Positions 47,823 through 57,971 are shown, numbered from the stretch's first letter. The stretch is DNA of 64,000 nucleotides from Vulcanimicrobiota bacterium (GCA_050250895.1 JBFWNU010000008.1:305397-369396); one strand, 5' to 3'. Notes: a model not told the origin generated them from the letters alone. Numbers and translations: made by a program.

Positions 47823-48704
47823 ATGAAGATCGGATTGCAGATACCCAATTTCACCCTGCCGGGAGGTCCGGCCCGTCTGGGCGAGCAGTTGGCGACCATC
47901 GCTCGTCGGGCCGAGGACGCAGGCTTTGCCAGCCTCTGGGTCATGGACCACTTCTTCCAGATCCAGCACATCGGCCCCGCCGAGATGGACATGCTCGAAG
48001 GATACACTACCCTGGGTTACCTGGCCGCCTGCACGCGCACGATGCAGTTGGGCACGATGGTTACCGGCGTCACCTATCGCTATCCGGGCCTTTTGGCCAA
48101 GATCGCGACCACCCTCGATGTGCTCTCGGGCGGGCGGGCCTGGCTTGGCCTCGGAGCTGGCTGGTTCGAGCGTGAGCATAAGGGCCTTGGCGTTCCCTTT
48201 CCGCCGGTAGCCGAGCGCTTCGAGTTGCTCGAGGAGGCCCTGCAGATTGCACTGCAGATGTGGTCTGACAACAACGGCCCATACCAGGGGAGGCATCATC
48301 AGTTGGCCGAGACCCTGTGTATCCCCCAGCCCTTAAGTCGGCCCCACCCACCCATCATGATCGGGGGGATGGGCGAGAAAAAGACGCTCCGGTTGGTGGC
48401 CCAATACGCCCAGGGCTGCAATCTGTTCGAGTTCGCGGGTCTGGCCAAGCTGGCCCGCAAGCTCGAGGTCCTGCGCGGTCACTGCCAGGAGCTGGGCACC
48501 GACTACGAGGCCATCTCCAAGACCGTCATCGGCCAGACCTCGATCTCCAATCACGCCGCCGCGGACAAGCTGGTCACCAAACTGGGTCAACTTTCGGAGC
48601 TGGGCTTTGACCAGGCCATCTACAGCCTGAGCGACCCCACCGACGAACGAGCCTTCCAGCTCTTCGCCGAGCAAGTCATCCCCAGAGCGGGGACGCTCGC
48701 TTGA
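47823..48704 (+). CDS. LLM-class putative F420-dependent oxidoreductase
   Basis: WVMDHFFQI, MLEGYTTL, YRYPGLLAK and IGGMGEKKTLRLVA. Confidence 0.92.
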   Translation: MKIGLQIPNFTLPGGPARLGEQLATIARRAEDAGFASLWVMDHFFQIQHIGPAEMDMLEGYTTLGYLAACTRTMQLGTMVTGVTYRYPGLLAKIATTLDVLSGGRAWLGLGAGWFEREHKGLGVPFPPVAERFELLEEALQIALQMWSDNNGPYQGRHHQLAETLCIPQPLSRPHPPIMIGGMGEKKTLRLVAQYAQGCNLFEFAGLAKLARKLEVLRGHCQELGTDYEAISKTVIGQTSISNHAAADKLVTKLGQLSELGFDQAIYSLSDPTDERAFQLFAEQVIPRAGTLA

Positions 48705-48765
48705 GAGTGCTGGGGGAAAACCGCGGGGGACGCGGCGGGCGTCGGGGGAGTTGACCCTCAGGGGT

Positions 48766-49629
48766 TTATTCCCCAGCGCCCACCTTCAGGCGACAGCCCT
48801 TCGAGCAGTAGGGGCCCCTCGTCGACAGGCAGGGTCCGCAGATCACCGCCTGTTGACCGCACTGGCGACACTCGATGGACTGGCGGCCAGGATCACCGCA
48901 GAGCGGACAGAAGCGATAGGTGGACGAGGGGGCGAGTTGCGAGTCGACGGCCACCCGCTCGTCGAAGACAAAGCACTCCCCTTCGAACTTTCCTTCGGGG
49001 TATTGCTCGAGATACTTCAAGATGCCGCCCTCGAGTTGATAGACCTGAGTGTAGCCGAGTTCTTCCATGTCGAGCACGGCCTTTTCGCAGCGGATGCCCC
49101 CGGTGCAATAGAGCAACACTTGTCGAGTCTTGGGCAGGTCGAGCTGTCGGACGTAGTCGGTGAACTGCTCGAAACTTTCCAACCCCGGATCGATGGCCCC
49201 GGCAAACTTGCCGACTTTCACTTCATAGTCGTTGCGGGTGTCGATGACCGTGACGTCGTCGTCGAGTTTGGCGTGCCACTGCTCGGGGGTCAGATGATGG
49301 TGGTGCCCGCCCGGGGGCGGGCAATCGGCTCGATATTTGATGGTCTGATTGCGAATCTCGACCTTCCACCGCTTGAAAGGCAGGCTCTGGCAGCGACTGT
49401 CCTTGAAGTCGAGGTCGGTCAGTTCGGGCTCCTGGAGGAGTTCGTTGCGAAACGTCTTGACTGCCCTGGGTGGACCAGCGATAGTAGCGTTGCAACCTTC
49501 CGAGGCCAGGATGATCAAGCCTCGCAACCCCAGGTTCTGGCCGCACTCCAGCCAGCGGGTCTGAAGCTGCACGAGGCGGTCAGGTCCGAAGCCCACGAAG
49601 CGATAGAAGGTGGTGACCAGAAAGTTCAC
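48766..49629 (-). CDS. trhO: Rhodanese-domain tRNA uridine(34) hydroxylase TrhO-like
   Basis: EG.N.T, DTRNDYE, YCTGGIRCEK, LEGGILKY and GECFVFDER; Cys-rich tail; start set at GTG 49629. Confidence 0.88.
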   Translation of the reverse strand: MNFLVTTFYRFVGFGPDRLVQLQTRWLECGQNLGLRGLIILASEGCNATIAGPPRAVKTFRNELLQEPELTDLDFKDSRCQSLPFKRWKVEIRNQTIKYRADCPPPGGHHHHLTPEQWHAKLDDDVTVIDTRNDYEVKVGKFAGAIDPGLESFEQFTDYVRQLDLPKTRQVLLYCTGGIRCEKAVLDMEELGYTQVYQLEGGILKYLEQYPEGKFEGECFVFDERVAVDSQLAPSSTYRFCPLCGDPGRQSIECRQCGQQAVICGPCLSTRGPYCSKGCRLKVGAGE

Positions 49630-49666
49630 CCGCTCATACCATCCTAAACCGGACCACAAGTCAAGG

Positions 49667-50158
49667 CTACAGGCTCGAGTCGTCCTGCCATCGGAGATAG
49701 CGAAAGTAGGTTGGACTGGTGTCAGGTGGCCGCACGTCGAGTTCGGCTCGGATACGGTACTGGGCCACAGGATCGTCCGACGGACCGAGGCTGCCCAACG
49801 AGGTGATGACGATGACGCCATAATTGTTGGGGTCGATGGTCTGCGAACTGTCGATGAGCACCGCGTAGGTGCCTTCGTCAAAGGGAGGGTTTCCAGGCAG
49901 GGCCACTGTCTCGGAGTAGGAGAAGGTGGTCTGGCCCGGCCCTGGCGGCGGCGGAAAGAAGAGGTCTTTCTCGAGTTTGATGCGGGCGTCTTCCAGGCCC
50001 GCCATGGCGAGGGCCCGCGCCTGGACTACCCGGGCCTGATGGCCGACCGCCTGGTAGCGGGCCGCCTGACTTCCCAACAGGCCGGCCCCCAGCAGCAACA
50101 TGACCGCCACGATCAGCAGCGCGGTAACCAGCAGAAACCCTTTCTTCAGGGGACGCAC
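49667..50158 (-). CDS. PilX/GspK-like minor pilin
   Basis: KKG-FLLVTALL (no E5) and QARALAMAGLEDA; GTG 50158. Confidence 0.75.
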   Translation of the reverse strand: MRPLKKGFLLVTALLIVAVMLLLGAGLLGSQAARYQAVGHQARVVQARALAMAGLEDARIKLEKDLFFPPPPGPGQTTFSYSETVALPGNPPFDEGTYAVLIDSSQTIDPNNYGVIVITSLGSLGPSDDPVAQYRIRAELDVRPPDTSPTYFRYLRWQDDSSL

Positions 50159-50670
50159 GGCGGGTTTACCTCCCGGGTGAAGCTGCGAATGCGGGTGCGC
50201 TCGTCGACGGCGACTTGAATCGAGAGGTTGCGGCTGGCGGTGAAACTGCAGCTCAGACCGTAGATGCCCTCGGCGATAATCTGGCTCTGATAGGGCCCAC
50301 CGCTGGGACCTGCCTCGCGGCGCAGGTCGCCGTTGACGACGCGATAGTGGACTTCCAGACCCGGCTGGGTCGGGTCCCAGGTGCCGGGAGGACCGGTGAA
50401 GCGAGGCGCGCTCGGGTCCACTTTCTGCAGCCGGAGTTCGCCCACGGGAACCTGGATGTCGTGGGCTTCGCGAACCTCGCAAGCCATGCGGTCGAGCCCG
50501 GTTTGAACCGCCTGGACAGTGCGACTCTTGGTTTCACCAAAGCGCACCACCCGATACGCCTCGCGCATCATCCCGGCGGCCAGACCCAGCACCAGGGCCA
50601 CCAGGGTCAAGGCGAAGACGGCCTCGGCCAGCGTCAGACCGCGGTTACGGCGAGAGCAGATTGAGTGCAC
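50146..50670 (-). CDS. Prepilin-type minor pilin
   Basis: RG-LTLAEAVFAL. Confidence 0.82.
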   Translation of the reverse strand: MHSICSRRNRGLTLAEAVFALTLVALVLGLAAGMMREAYRVVRFGETKSRTVQAVQTGLDRMACEVREAHDIQVPVGELRLQKVDPSAPRFTGPPGTWDPTQPGLEVHYRVVNGDLRREAGPSGGPYQSQIIAEGIYGLSCSFTASRNLSIQVAVDERTRIRSFTREVNPPCVP

Positions 50671-51445
50671 CCGAGAGATCGGTGACCTCCTTCCCGCGGT
50701 AAACCGCCCGCGCTTGCATGCTGGTGGTGCCGTGGCCGTAGCCCACCACCTGGGGAGGCGACTCGCTGCTCAGGATATGATTGGTCAGAGCGGCCGAGTC
50801 CCCGATTCGGGTGGCCGAAATGACGCCGTTGGCAGGACCCGAGGCCGGATCGGTTCGCCAGTCGAAGAAGATGTCGTCAAGGGGGTCGCCGTCGGAATCG
50901 GTCATGCTCACCGTGAACGCTCGGGTCGCATCGGTGCCCAGCGTCTGGCCCGTCGAAGGCGCCACGCTCACCGTGCCCGGCTCCTTGGTGGGCTGGGCGA
51001 TCAGGCTTACCAGCGAGAAGGAGCGGCCGTTGTAGTCCACTTGCACGGTAACGGTTCGGGCCGAGTTGCGCATCCATCGTCGCTCACTAGTCGGAAACTG
51101 CAACTCGAACAAGCTACAGGGTGTATACAGTTCGCCCGGGTCGACCGTCACGGTGACATTGTAGCCAGGATAGTTGGGGTCGGGCCCCGTGCCCTGCACG
51201 GCCGCCCAGTTGCTGAATTGAGTGGCTCCCCCAGGGCCGTGGACCTGATCATTCCAGCCCCTGACTTCTTCCAGACGAGATTCAGCCACCAGGATGGCCG
51301 TCTGATCCGCCTCGATGCGGGCCTGATAGCGCAGCGCCGTGTCGAACAAGGCAGCCATGACGACGAAACCGGCCACGATCAGGAAGATAGCGATGATGGC
51401 TTCGGCCAGCGTGACGCCGCGTCGGCGCACTGCTAGCGGGTCCAT
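50645..51445 (-). CDS. Prepilin-type minor pilin with an Ig-like C-terminus
   Basis: RRG-VTLAEAIIAI. Confidence 0.82.
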   Translation of the reverse strand: MDPLAVRRRGVTLAEAIIAIFLIVAGFVVMAALFDTALRYQARIEADQTAILVAESRLEEVRGWNDQVHGPGGATQFSNWAAVQGTGPDPNYPGYNVTVTVDPGELYTPCSLFELQFPTSERRWMRNSARTVTVQVDYNGRSFSLVSLIAQPTKEPGTVSVAPSTGQTLGTDATRAFTVSMTDSDGDPLDDIFFDWRTDPASGPANGVISATRIGDSAALTNHILSSESPPQVVGYGHGTTSMQARAVYRGKEVTDLSGALNLLSP

Positions 51446-53508
51446 ACCGGTCGGGTGTTGCTACCCTGGCTGGTCAGGACTTGAGGAGTGGTGGCCCCGC
51501 CCGCTGGGACGGTACTATAGTCCAACTTGACGATCTGGCGCGGGTTGGCCGGAAGCAGTCGCTGGACCTCGAGGACCACCGGGCCCCCGGCCGGGTTGCG
51601 TTCCACCAGCACCTCGTCGATGTTGTAGCTGACCTGATACCAGACGTTGTTGCCGGCGGCGTCGGCAACGAACAGATAGGGGTCATAGCCGGTCGGGGCG
51701 GCGTTGAAATAGTTGATGTAGAAGATCTGATTGTCGACGCCCCACGAGGGAGATCCGAGCGGCTTTTCGGTCGACACCGGCAGCGGGCCGTCAATCGAGG
51801 CGATCAACAAACTCGGCGCGCCCGCCGGTTGCGGATTGCCGCCGGCCCCGTCGGCGATGTCGACACGCCAGATCTCTTCATTCTTGGTGTAAAGCAGGAT
51901 GTTGCCGGCGGGATCCCAGCCGAACTTCTCGGTGCTGGGATCCATGCGGGCGGCCGGCGGTAGGGGAGCGTTGTCCACCATCGCCGGCAGGTTGGTGGGG
52001 GAAGCCTGGATCACATAGATGTTATCTCCGCGTCGATAAGCGATGCGATGACCGCTGGGTGACATGGAGGGATGCTCGACGCCACCCGAGGTGGTCAACT
52101 GGACATCCTCGGTCTCGGGCAGGCGGGGAAAGGCCAACCACAGGTTTCCACCCCGAACATAGACGAACCGCGAGCCTTGCAAATCGGCAGTGATCTCGGA
52201 AGCGTTGGCGCGAAAGACCTGTTGGCGCGAACCATCATCGTTCATGCTCCACACTTCAGCCGACCCGGTGCGGTCGGTCTCGAACAGGACCTTGCCGGGG
52301 GGGGTGATCATAATCCGCTTCTCGATTTGAACTTTGAGGGCCGGTGCATCGCGGTCCGAGACCACGGCCTGCAGGTCGTAGCGGTCGCCGGGGGCGGCAG
52401 TGGGCGGAGGCCGCCACTGCCACAGGGCTCGCCAGGCGCCGTCGGGCACCGAGTCTCCATCGACATCGATAGACGCGTCCCACTCCATCCGGCCCCCATT
52501 GGGCCCGCCCAACGAGAACGAAAAGGCTCCTTTCTCGGGGGTAGCGTGGTAGGTGACATCCCAATTGCAGAACAGCTCGCCACCCGAATTGGAGACGCCT
52601 TGCACTTCTAGAGTCAGATACTGGTCTTTGGTGAGCACGGCGTCGACGTTCGGGGGCAGGGTGGCCGGGTTGGGTACCGGAGTGATGCTGGGAAAGCCCG
52701 GCACCAGCGTGGGGTTGACCGGGCTGACGGTACTCGGTGGCGGTGGGCCGGCCCCCGGCGCTGACGAACCGGCCCGAGCGGTGATCAGGGTCGAACCGTC
52801 ACTACTGAGCAGTCCGGTCTCCATCCGAATCGAGCCGGCGGGACTGATGCACAACGTGTAACACTCCCCCGTGGTGAAGAGGCGATGGTAAGGAGGTGAG
52901 CCGCTGACCGTGTCGGTTCCGCCCAGTCCGCCGGCTGGTCCGGTCGCAACCCCGGCGGCAACCAGAACGTGATAGGTGTTGTCGAAGGCCGGAAGGTCGT
53001 TGGTCACCACGCTACCATCGGGGAGGAACACGAAGCAATAGTCGCTGCGAGGGTCGACCGGACTGGTCGGCAGCCAGCTCTCGAGCGAAAATGCGGGGCC
53101 TTTGGCCCCCGGAAAGCTCGCATTCTTGCGGGTCGTGGCGGAGGGGTCGCTGAAAGTAGCAGGGTTGGTGCCCCAGCTGCCAACAAAGAGGTCAACTCCC
53201 CGAAACTCGCGTGTATAATCGTGAATCCTGGTCACCAGGGGGCGTGTCTCGCCCTCTAGCAGATAGAGCCCGCCCGAGTTTGCCTGCGAGCCACCATTGG
53301 TGGGCAGCACTACCGCCACCGGCTGACGATAACGAATAGCTGACTGGCGAGCCGACTCGAATTCGGCCATCACCACCGTGGCCAGACCCCGGGCGCCGGC
53401 CCGGGCGTCACTGTTGTGCAGGGCTAGAATAGAGAGGGCCGCCATCAACCCCACGATGGCCAGAGCTATCATGAGTTCAACTAGACTAAAACCGTGCCGC
53501 CCCTTCAC
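51433..53508 (-). CDS. Large prepilin (FimT/GspH-like) with a C-terminal TolB-like beta-propeller
   Basis: HG-FSLVELMIAL from GTG 53508; FETDRTG..EVWSMN.DGS, HPSMSPSG.RIAY and LT..G.N..PVW. Confidence 0.85.
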   Translation of the reverse strand: MKGRHGFSLVELMIALAIVGLMAALSILALHNSDARAGARGLATVVMAEFESARQSAIRYRQPVAVVLPTNGGSQANSGGLYLLEGETRPLVTRIHDYTREFRGVDLFVGSWGTNPATFSDPSATTRKNASFPGAKGPAFSLESWLPTSPVDPRSDYCFVFLPDGSVVTNDLPAFDNTYHVLVAAGVATGPAGGLGGTDTVSGSPPYHRLFTTGECYTLCISPAGSIRMETGLLSSDGSTLITARAGSSAPGAGPPPPSTVSPVNPTLVPGFPSITPVPNPATLPPNVDAVLTKDQYLTLEVQGVSNSGGELFCNWDVTYHATPEKGAFSFSLGGPNGGRMEWDASIDVDGDSVPDGAWRALWQWRPPPTAAPGDRYDLQAVVSDRDAPALKVQIEKRIMITPPGKVLFETDRTGSAEVWSMNDDGSRQQVFRANASEITADLQGSRFVYVRGGNLWLAFPRLPETEDVQLTTSGGVEHPSMSPSGHRIAYRRGDNIYVIQASPTNLPAMVDNAPLPPAARMDPSTEKFGWDPAGNILLYTKNEEIWRVDIADGAGGNPQPAGAPSLLIASIDGPLPVSTEKPLGSPSWGVDNQIFYINYFNAAPTGYDPYLFVADAAGNNVWYQVSYNIDEVLVERNPAGGPVVLEVQRLLPANPRQIVKLDYSTVPAGGATTPQVLTSQGSNTRPVWTR

Positions 53509-53515
53509 ATCCCTA

Positions 53516-53524
53516 AGTATAACA
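53516..53524 (-). promoter_or_regulatory. Extended -10 (TGtTATACT), probable leaderless start of the pilin operon
   Basis: TG-N-TATACT lies 7 nt upstream of GTG 53508. Confidence 0.6.
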
Positions 53525-53587
53525 GATTTTAGCGGGAAGCCTTGATCCGGCGAGAGGGTAGCCCGCAGTGAGACCGAATCGGCGCCG

Positions 53588-54736
53588 ATGCCTGTCCTTT
53601 CCAAGAGCGCCCAAAGCCTGCGTCCGTCGGTCTTTGCCACCCTGGCCGAGCGCATGAAGCAACTGCCGGCCGACCATCTACCCCTGCACATCGGTGACAC
53701 CTTTCGACTGCCCCCCGAAGCCTCCCGACTCGAATCGATCGACTGGGCTCCGCTGGCTCCCCTCTATAAATATACTCACCCGTTCGGACTGGCTCCCTTT
53801 CTCGAGGTGCTGCTCGAGAAGGTCAAAAGCAAGAACCAGATTCCCGCCGAGCCGGTCTGCCTGCAGGTCAGCTGCGGAGCCACCGGTGGGTTGGCCAGCG
53901 CCGCCAGCACCCTCTTTGACCCCGGCGATGAGGTGTTGGTGCTGGCTCCGTTCTGGCCCCTGATTGTGGGCATCTTGCGCACCGCCGGAGCCGAGCCGCA
54001 CCAGGTTCAGTTCAGCAACCACCTGCTGGCTGACCCTGACTTCGATATCGAGGCCCATCTCGAGGCTCACTGCGGCTCGGCCACCCGTGGGCTTTACTTT
54101 TCCAACCCCAACAATCCCGACGGGCTGGTCTATACCCCCGAACAACTCGAGCGAGTGGCTTCGTTCTGCCGCCGCAAGGGCTTATGGGTGCTCTCGGACG
54201 AGGCCTACGAGGACTATATCTACGACGGCCGCCCTCACACGTCCATCGCCGCCCTGCCCGGGATGTTCGAGCGGACCGTGACGGTCTTCACTTTCTCCAA
54301 GAGCTATGCTATGGCGGGTCTACGGCTGGGTTACGTGGTTGCTCCGCCCGAGGTCAGTCCGGCCCTGCGCCGCGTCTCGAACCACCAGATCTATAATCTG
54401 AGCGGGGCCGTCCAGCACGCCGGCATGCTGGCGGTCCAAACCGGTGCCGAATTTCTCGAGGAGTCCAAGCGTCTCTACGCCCCCGCCCGGGACGTCCTCC
54501 ACCAGGCCACCGCTAAATACGGCCACAAACCGGGGGGCGGCGGCTACGTCTTTCTTGACCTGGGCAGCGAAGAAGAATCGTGGGACTTCATTCATCGTGC
54601 CATGGATCGCGGGTTGTGCTCGGCTCCCGGCGAAGCCTTCGGCCATGACTACAAGCACTGCGTGCGCATCTGCTTCACGGCCGCTCCCCTGGAAGGCATC
54701 CAACGAGCCGCCACTCTTTTGGGCGAGTTGCTCTAG
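53588..54736 (+). CDS. PLP-dependent aminotransferase class I/II
   Basis: SNPNNPDG, SDEAY and FSKSYAMAGLRLG. Confidence 0.95.
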   Translation: MPVLSKSAQSLRPSVFATLAERMKQLPADHLPLHIGDTFRLPPEASRLESIDWAPLAPLYKYTHPFGLAPFLEVLLEKVKSKNQIPAEPVCLQVSCGATGGLASAASTLFDPGDEVLVLAPFWPLIVGILRTAGAEPHQVQFSNHLLADPDFDIEAHLEAHCGSATRGLYFSNPNNPDGLVYTPEQLERVASFCRRKGLWVLSDEAYEDYIYDGRPHTSIAALPGMFERTVTVFTFSKSYAMAGLRLGYVVAPPEVSPALRRVSNHQIYNLSGAVQHAGMLAVQTGAEFLEESKRLYAPARDVLHQATAKYGHKPGGGGYVFLDLGSEEESWDFIHRAMDRGLCSAPGEAFGHDYKHCVRICFTAAPLEGIQRAATLLGELL

Positions 54737-54898
54737 CGGGCGCTCGCTGGGCTCGCTTCGAGCCTTGATGTAGTTTCTCTGGCGCTACTGGAGAGCCACA
54801 CCAACCGGACTTCACGGCGGGCAGTGCCCGCTGGGTCATCTGACCCTACAAGCTCGTCCCGCCAGGGTCTATGCTAAGAGCACGGAACCTGAAGGGAG

Positions 54899-55513
54899 AT
54901 GCCCGATGAAACCAGAGCTCGACAACCCCAACCGCCGTCTACAGTTGATGATCTACGGCGAGGAATAGCCATCGTCTTGACCGGCGGGCGCTCCAGTCGC
55001 ATGGGGCGCCCGAAGGCGCTTTTGCCGCTCGAGGGCACCACCTTCCTGGGCCTGATCTTGAGTCGCCTCGCCCAGGCTGGCATCGAGGCCGGGGTGGTGA
55101 CCAGTGTAGACTTGCCCATCGACGGAGCGGCGGTCAATCTGCGCCCCGACGAGGGACAGCTCAGTTCGCTCAGGGTCGGCCTGGAGGCGTTCGCGAAGGA
55201 CAGACCCTGGCTGATGCTGGTGCTGGTCGACCATCCCACCGTCAGTGTCGACACCTATCGTCGCCTGGCGGCGGCAGCTGATGAAGGCCACCGGCTGGTG
55301 GCGCCCAGCTTTCAGGGAAGGCGGGGGCACCCGGTGGTGTTCTCGCGAGCGTGTTTCCCCGACCTGTTGGAGGGCCCCCTCGAGGAGGGGGCACGCTGGG
55401 TGGTTGGCCGTCATCGCCACCTCCGTCACGAGTTGGAAGTCGACGATCCGGGCATCCTGCGCGACATCGACCTCCCCGAAGACTATCGTCGTCTCACCAG
55501 TCAGGAGCCCTAG
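54899..55513 (+). CDS. MocA/MobA-like nucleotidyltransferase (NTP_transf_3)
   Basis: LTGGRSSRMGRPKALL, G.LSSL..G, VDHP, GHPV and DID.PEDY. Confidence 0.92.
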   Translation: MPDETRARQPQPPSTVDDLRRGIAIVLTGGRSSRMGRPKALLPLEGTTFLGLILSRLAQAGIEAGVVTSVDLPIDGAAVNLRPDEGQLSSLRVGLEAFAKDRPWLMLVLVDHPTVSVDTYRRLAAAADEGHRLVAPSFQGRRGHPVVFSRACFPDLLEGPLEEGARWVVGRHRHLRHELEVDDPGILRDIDLPEDYRRLTSQEP

Positions 55514-55676
55514 CTGCAGGTAGCCTCGCAGCAGAAGTAGGCTGCGGCTCCAGCGGCGGTAGCGGCCGCGCGAGCCGCATCGCAAGACCGGACGAAGGCA
55601 GGCTTGAAGAAGTCATCCAGACAGCTTTGTGAGTCGGGACGGGCCTCCCGCGCGAGCGAGGAATGTCTAGAAATTG

Positions 55677-57971
55677 TTAAGGACGGAAGTCCTTGAAGTT
55701 CTGCTCGAAAAGGTCGATCAGGTATTGCTTGTCTTGGCCGTCGAGATAGATCTTGGTCTTGGCGTCGGTCCCCGAGGGGCGAATGCACAAGTCACGCACT
55801 TTGCCTTCGCCGGCAAACCAGCACTGAAGGCCGTCCGACCAGACATCGATCTTCTCGAGTCGGCGCCAGTCGGAGGCCATTCCAGGCATAGCCTGAGCCA
55901 GCTTTTCTTGCACGGCTTGGAGGCTCATCTTGCCGTCGCGCACGGCTTCGGCCAGGTCGGTGAAATACTTATTGAAGACTACGCGTTCAGCGATGCCTTC
56001 CTTCTTGGCTTTGGCCAGTTCTTCGGGGTCGAAGATGGCCTCGTTGTAGTGGACGATATCGCCGCGGTATTCCATGGGGTTGGCGATCTTGGCGCTGGTG
56101 AAGATTTCGGCCAGATAGCGATGGAGATAGGTTGCCTCTAGCTTGTTGCCGCCTTCGGTGAACAGTCGAGCGGCCAGCGACACCGCCGACACGCAGGCCT
56201 CGCCGCTGCTCTTTTCGCGCATAGCGATGACGCTGCGGCCCAGCACGTTATAGATTGGCTCTTTGGGACCGCCGATCTTGCCTCCGCTCTCTTCGCCGGC
56301 GTGGTGTAGCTTGGGGTTCTTGCCCAGGGTGATGCGCTCGCCCAGTTCGGTGGTTACCACGACATCCTGGCCTTTGGAGGCGGCCAGGGCTTCCTCCACC
56401 TGGCGCTCGATGGCTGCAATCTCTTTGAAGCCGACCGGCACCCGCACCACCGGAATTTCGTGGTAAGCGGCCCACTCGTCCCAGGCCAGGGCCGAGACGT
56501 AGGTGTGGATGTTGAAGTTCGAGCACTTGTCCCAGCTGCCGTCACGCACCGCCACCACCCGGTCGTTTTCGGCCAGCATCAGGAAGAACTGGTTGGGGCT
56601 ATAGATGGCGAACAGCTTGTCGGCGGTCAGCTCGAGAAAGCTGATGCCCAGGCGCTCGAGTTCGGCCTGTTCACTCTTGGCCACCACCTGGCCGACCACG
56701 AAACGGTCGGCGTCGGGGTCGACGTTGAAGACCATCTGCCCGTTGGCGTCCTGGGCCAGCAGCTGGTCATAACCGGCGCTCTTGACCACGCTGGGAATAC
56801 TAGCGTCGACGCTGTCGTGGACCACCTCGTAGCCGTCGCCGGTCTTCTTTTTGGCTACGCGAAAACCGATGTTGTGGAAAAAGGGGTCTTCTTCGGTACG
56901 CAGGTAGCCGCCCTCGAAGACTTTCTCGATGCCCAGGGCTTTGAAGATCGAGTCGATGGTCTTGTACCCCGAGCCACCAAAGAAGTCGAGCTTGAGGCGC
57001 AGCCCCTGGGCCACGGCTTTGTTGATCAGTTCCAGGGCGGCCGGACCGGCCGGCCCTTTCTTGAGATAGCTGGCGTACAGGGTGGCCATGCGAGAATAGC
57101 TCAGCCGACGAATCAATTTGGAGTCATTGCGGGCGGCCAACTTGAGGGTGTAGCCGCCGGCCTCGATCTGGTCGAGAATGGCCAGAAGCTGGTCTACAAT
57201 GCGAGCATAGAGCGGAGGCAGATACTGGGCTCCATCAGGAGCGAGGATTTTATCGCTCTGCTTCTGAGGGGCTCCGTGGCTGGAGGTGAAATAGTCGCCC
57301 CCCGAAAGGCCGAGCACGAAGGTAAGGAAGCTCCACATGAAGATGTTGGAAGTATCGCCGCATTTGGGGTCTTCGGTGAGCACCACCGGCAGGCCGTTGG
57401 CCGCGTAAATGCGCGACATCAGGTCGACGTAGCGAGGGGTGTTAGACCGCACCTCGCCCCCGACGATACGGACCGGGGTAGACTTCATCAGTTCGACCAC
57501 CTCTTCGAGGGGTCGGCCGAAGATGGCCTCGATGACTCCGACCTGCTCGCTGAGATGCTTGCGCACCTTGATCAGGTCGACCTGATGGCCGTCGGCGAAA
57601 CGCTCGGGCTGGAGTTCGACCACCAGTTTCGCCAGCGCCTCGGCGATGAGGGCGAAGATGTACTCGTTGATGCGGTAGCGGTGGTCCCAGGGGCAGAGTA
57701 CGTTCTGGTTCTCGCGCACGCCCGCGGTCGAGACCTTGGCTTCTTCGGCGAAGGCCTCGATCTGCTCGCGCAGGTTGATGCGTTGGGCCAGTTCGGGGGT
57801 GAGGCGAACCTCGGCGGCGCCGTCGCTGTCGAGGGGAAAGGGCGGATGGTCGTGGATCGAAAAGTTGTTCGCTTCCCACTGGGCCAGGCTGCGACGCGTC
57901 TGCTCCAGGTAATACTCCCGCATCTCGGCGGGGGTCATCTGGGGGGTCACTTCGAGCATCGTTTCGGCCAT
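55677..57971 (-). CDS. Divergent alpha-D-phosphohexomutase (PGM/PMM superfamily)
   Basis: FTSSH (phospho-Ser), DPDADR (metal), VGFK, GEESG and IRPSGT; SD AGGAGG. Confidence 0.85.
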   Translation of the reverse strand: MAETMLEVTPQMTPAEMREYYLEQTRRSLAQWEANNFSIHDHPPFPLDSDGAAEVRLTPELAQRINLREQIEAFAEEAKVSTAGVRENQNVLCPWDHRYRINEYIFALIAEALAKLVVELQPERFADGHQVDLIKVRKHLSEQVGVIEAIFGRPLEEVVELMKSTPVRIVGGEVRSNTPRYVDLMSRIYAANGLPVVLTEDPKCGDTSNIFMWSFLTFVLGLSGGDYFTSSHGAPQKQSDKILAPDGAQYLPPLYARIVDQLLAILDQIEAGGYTLKLAARNDSKLIRRLSYSRMATLYASYLKKGPAGPAALELINKAVAQGLRLKLDFFGGSGYKTIDSIFKALGIEKVFEGGYLRTEEDPFFHNIGFRVAKKKTGDGYEVVHDSVDASIPSVVKSAGYDQLLAQDANGQMVFNVDPDADRFVVGQVVAKSEQAELERLGISFLELTADKLFAIYSPNQFFLMLAENDRVVAVRDGSWDKCSNFNIHTYVSALAWDEWAAYHEIPVVRVPVGFKEIAAIERQVEEALAASKGQDVVVTTELGERITLGKNPKLHHAGEESGGKIGGPKEPIYNVLGRSVIAMREKSSGEACVSAVSLAARLFTEGGNKLEATYLHRYLAEIFTSAKIANPMEYRGDIVHYNEAIFDPEELAKAKKEGIAERVVFNKYFTDLAEAVRDGKMSLQAVQEKLAQAMPGMASDWRRLEKIDVWSDGLQCWFAGEGKVRDLCIRPSGTDAKTKIYLDGQDKQYLIDLFEQNFKDFRP

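Noticed and set aside
54737-54898. Moco riboswitch upstream of the MocA-like gene
   Set aside because: I could not find the conserved Moco-motif sequences, and a -10 box lies downstream of the structure.
55514-55676. ncRNA between the MocA-like gene and the mutase
   Set aside because: Only generic GC-rich hairpins between convergent genes; no promoter or family motif.
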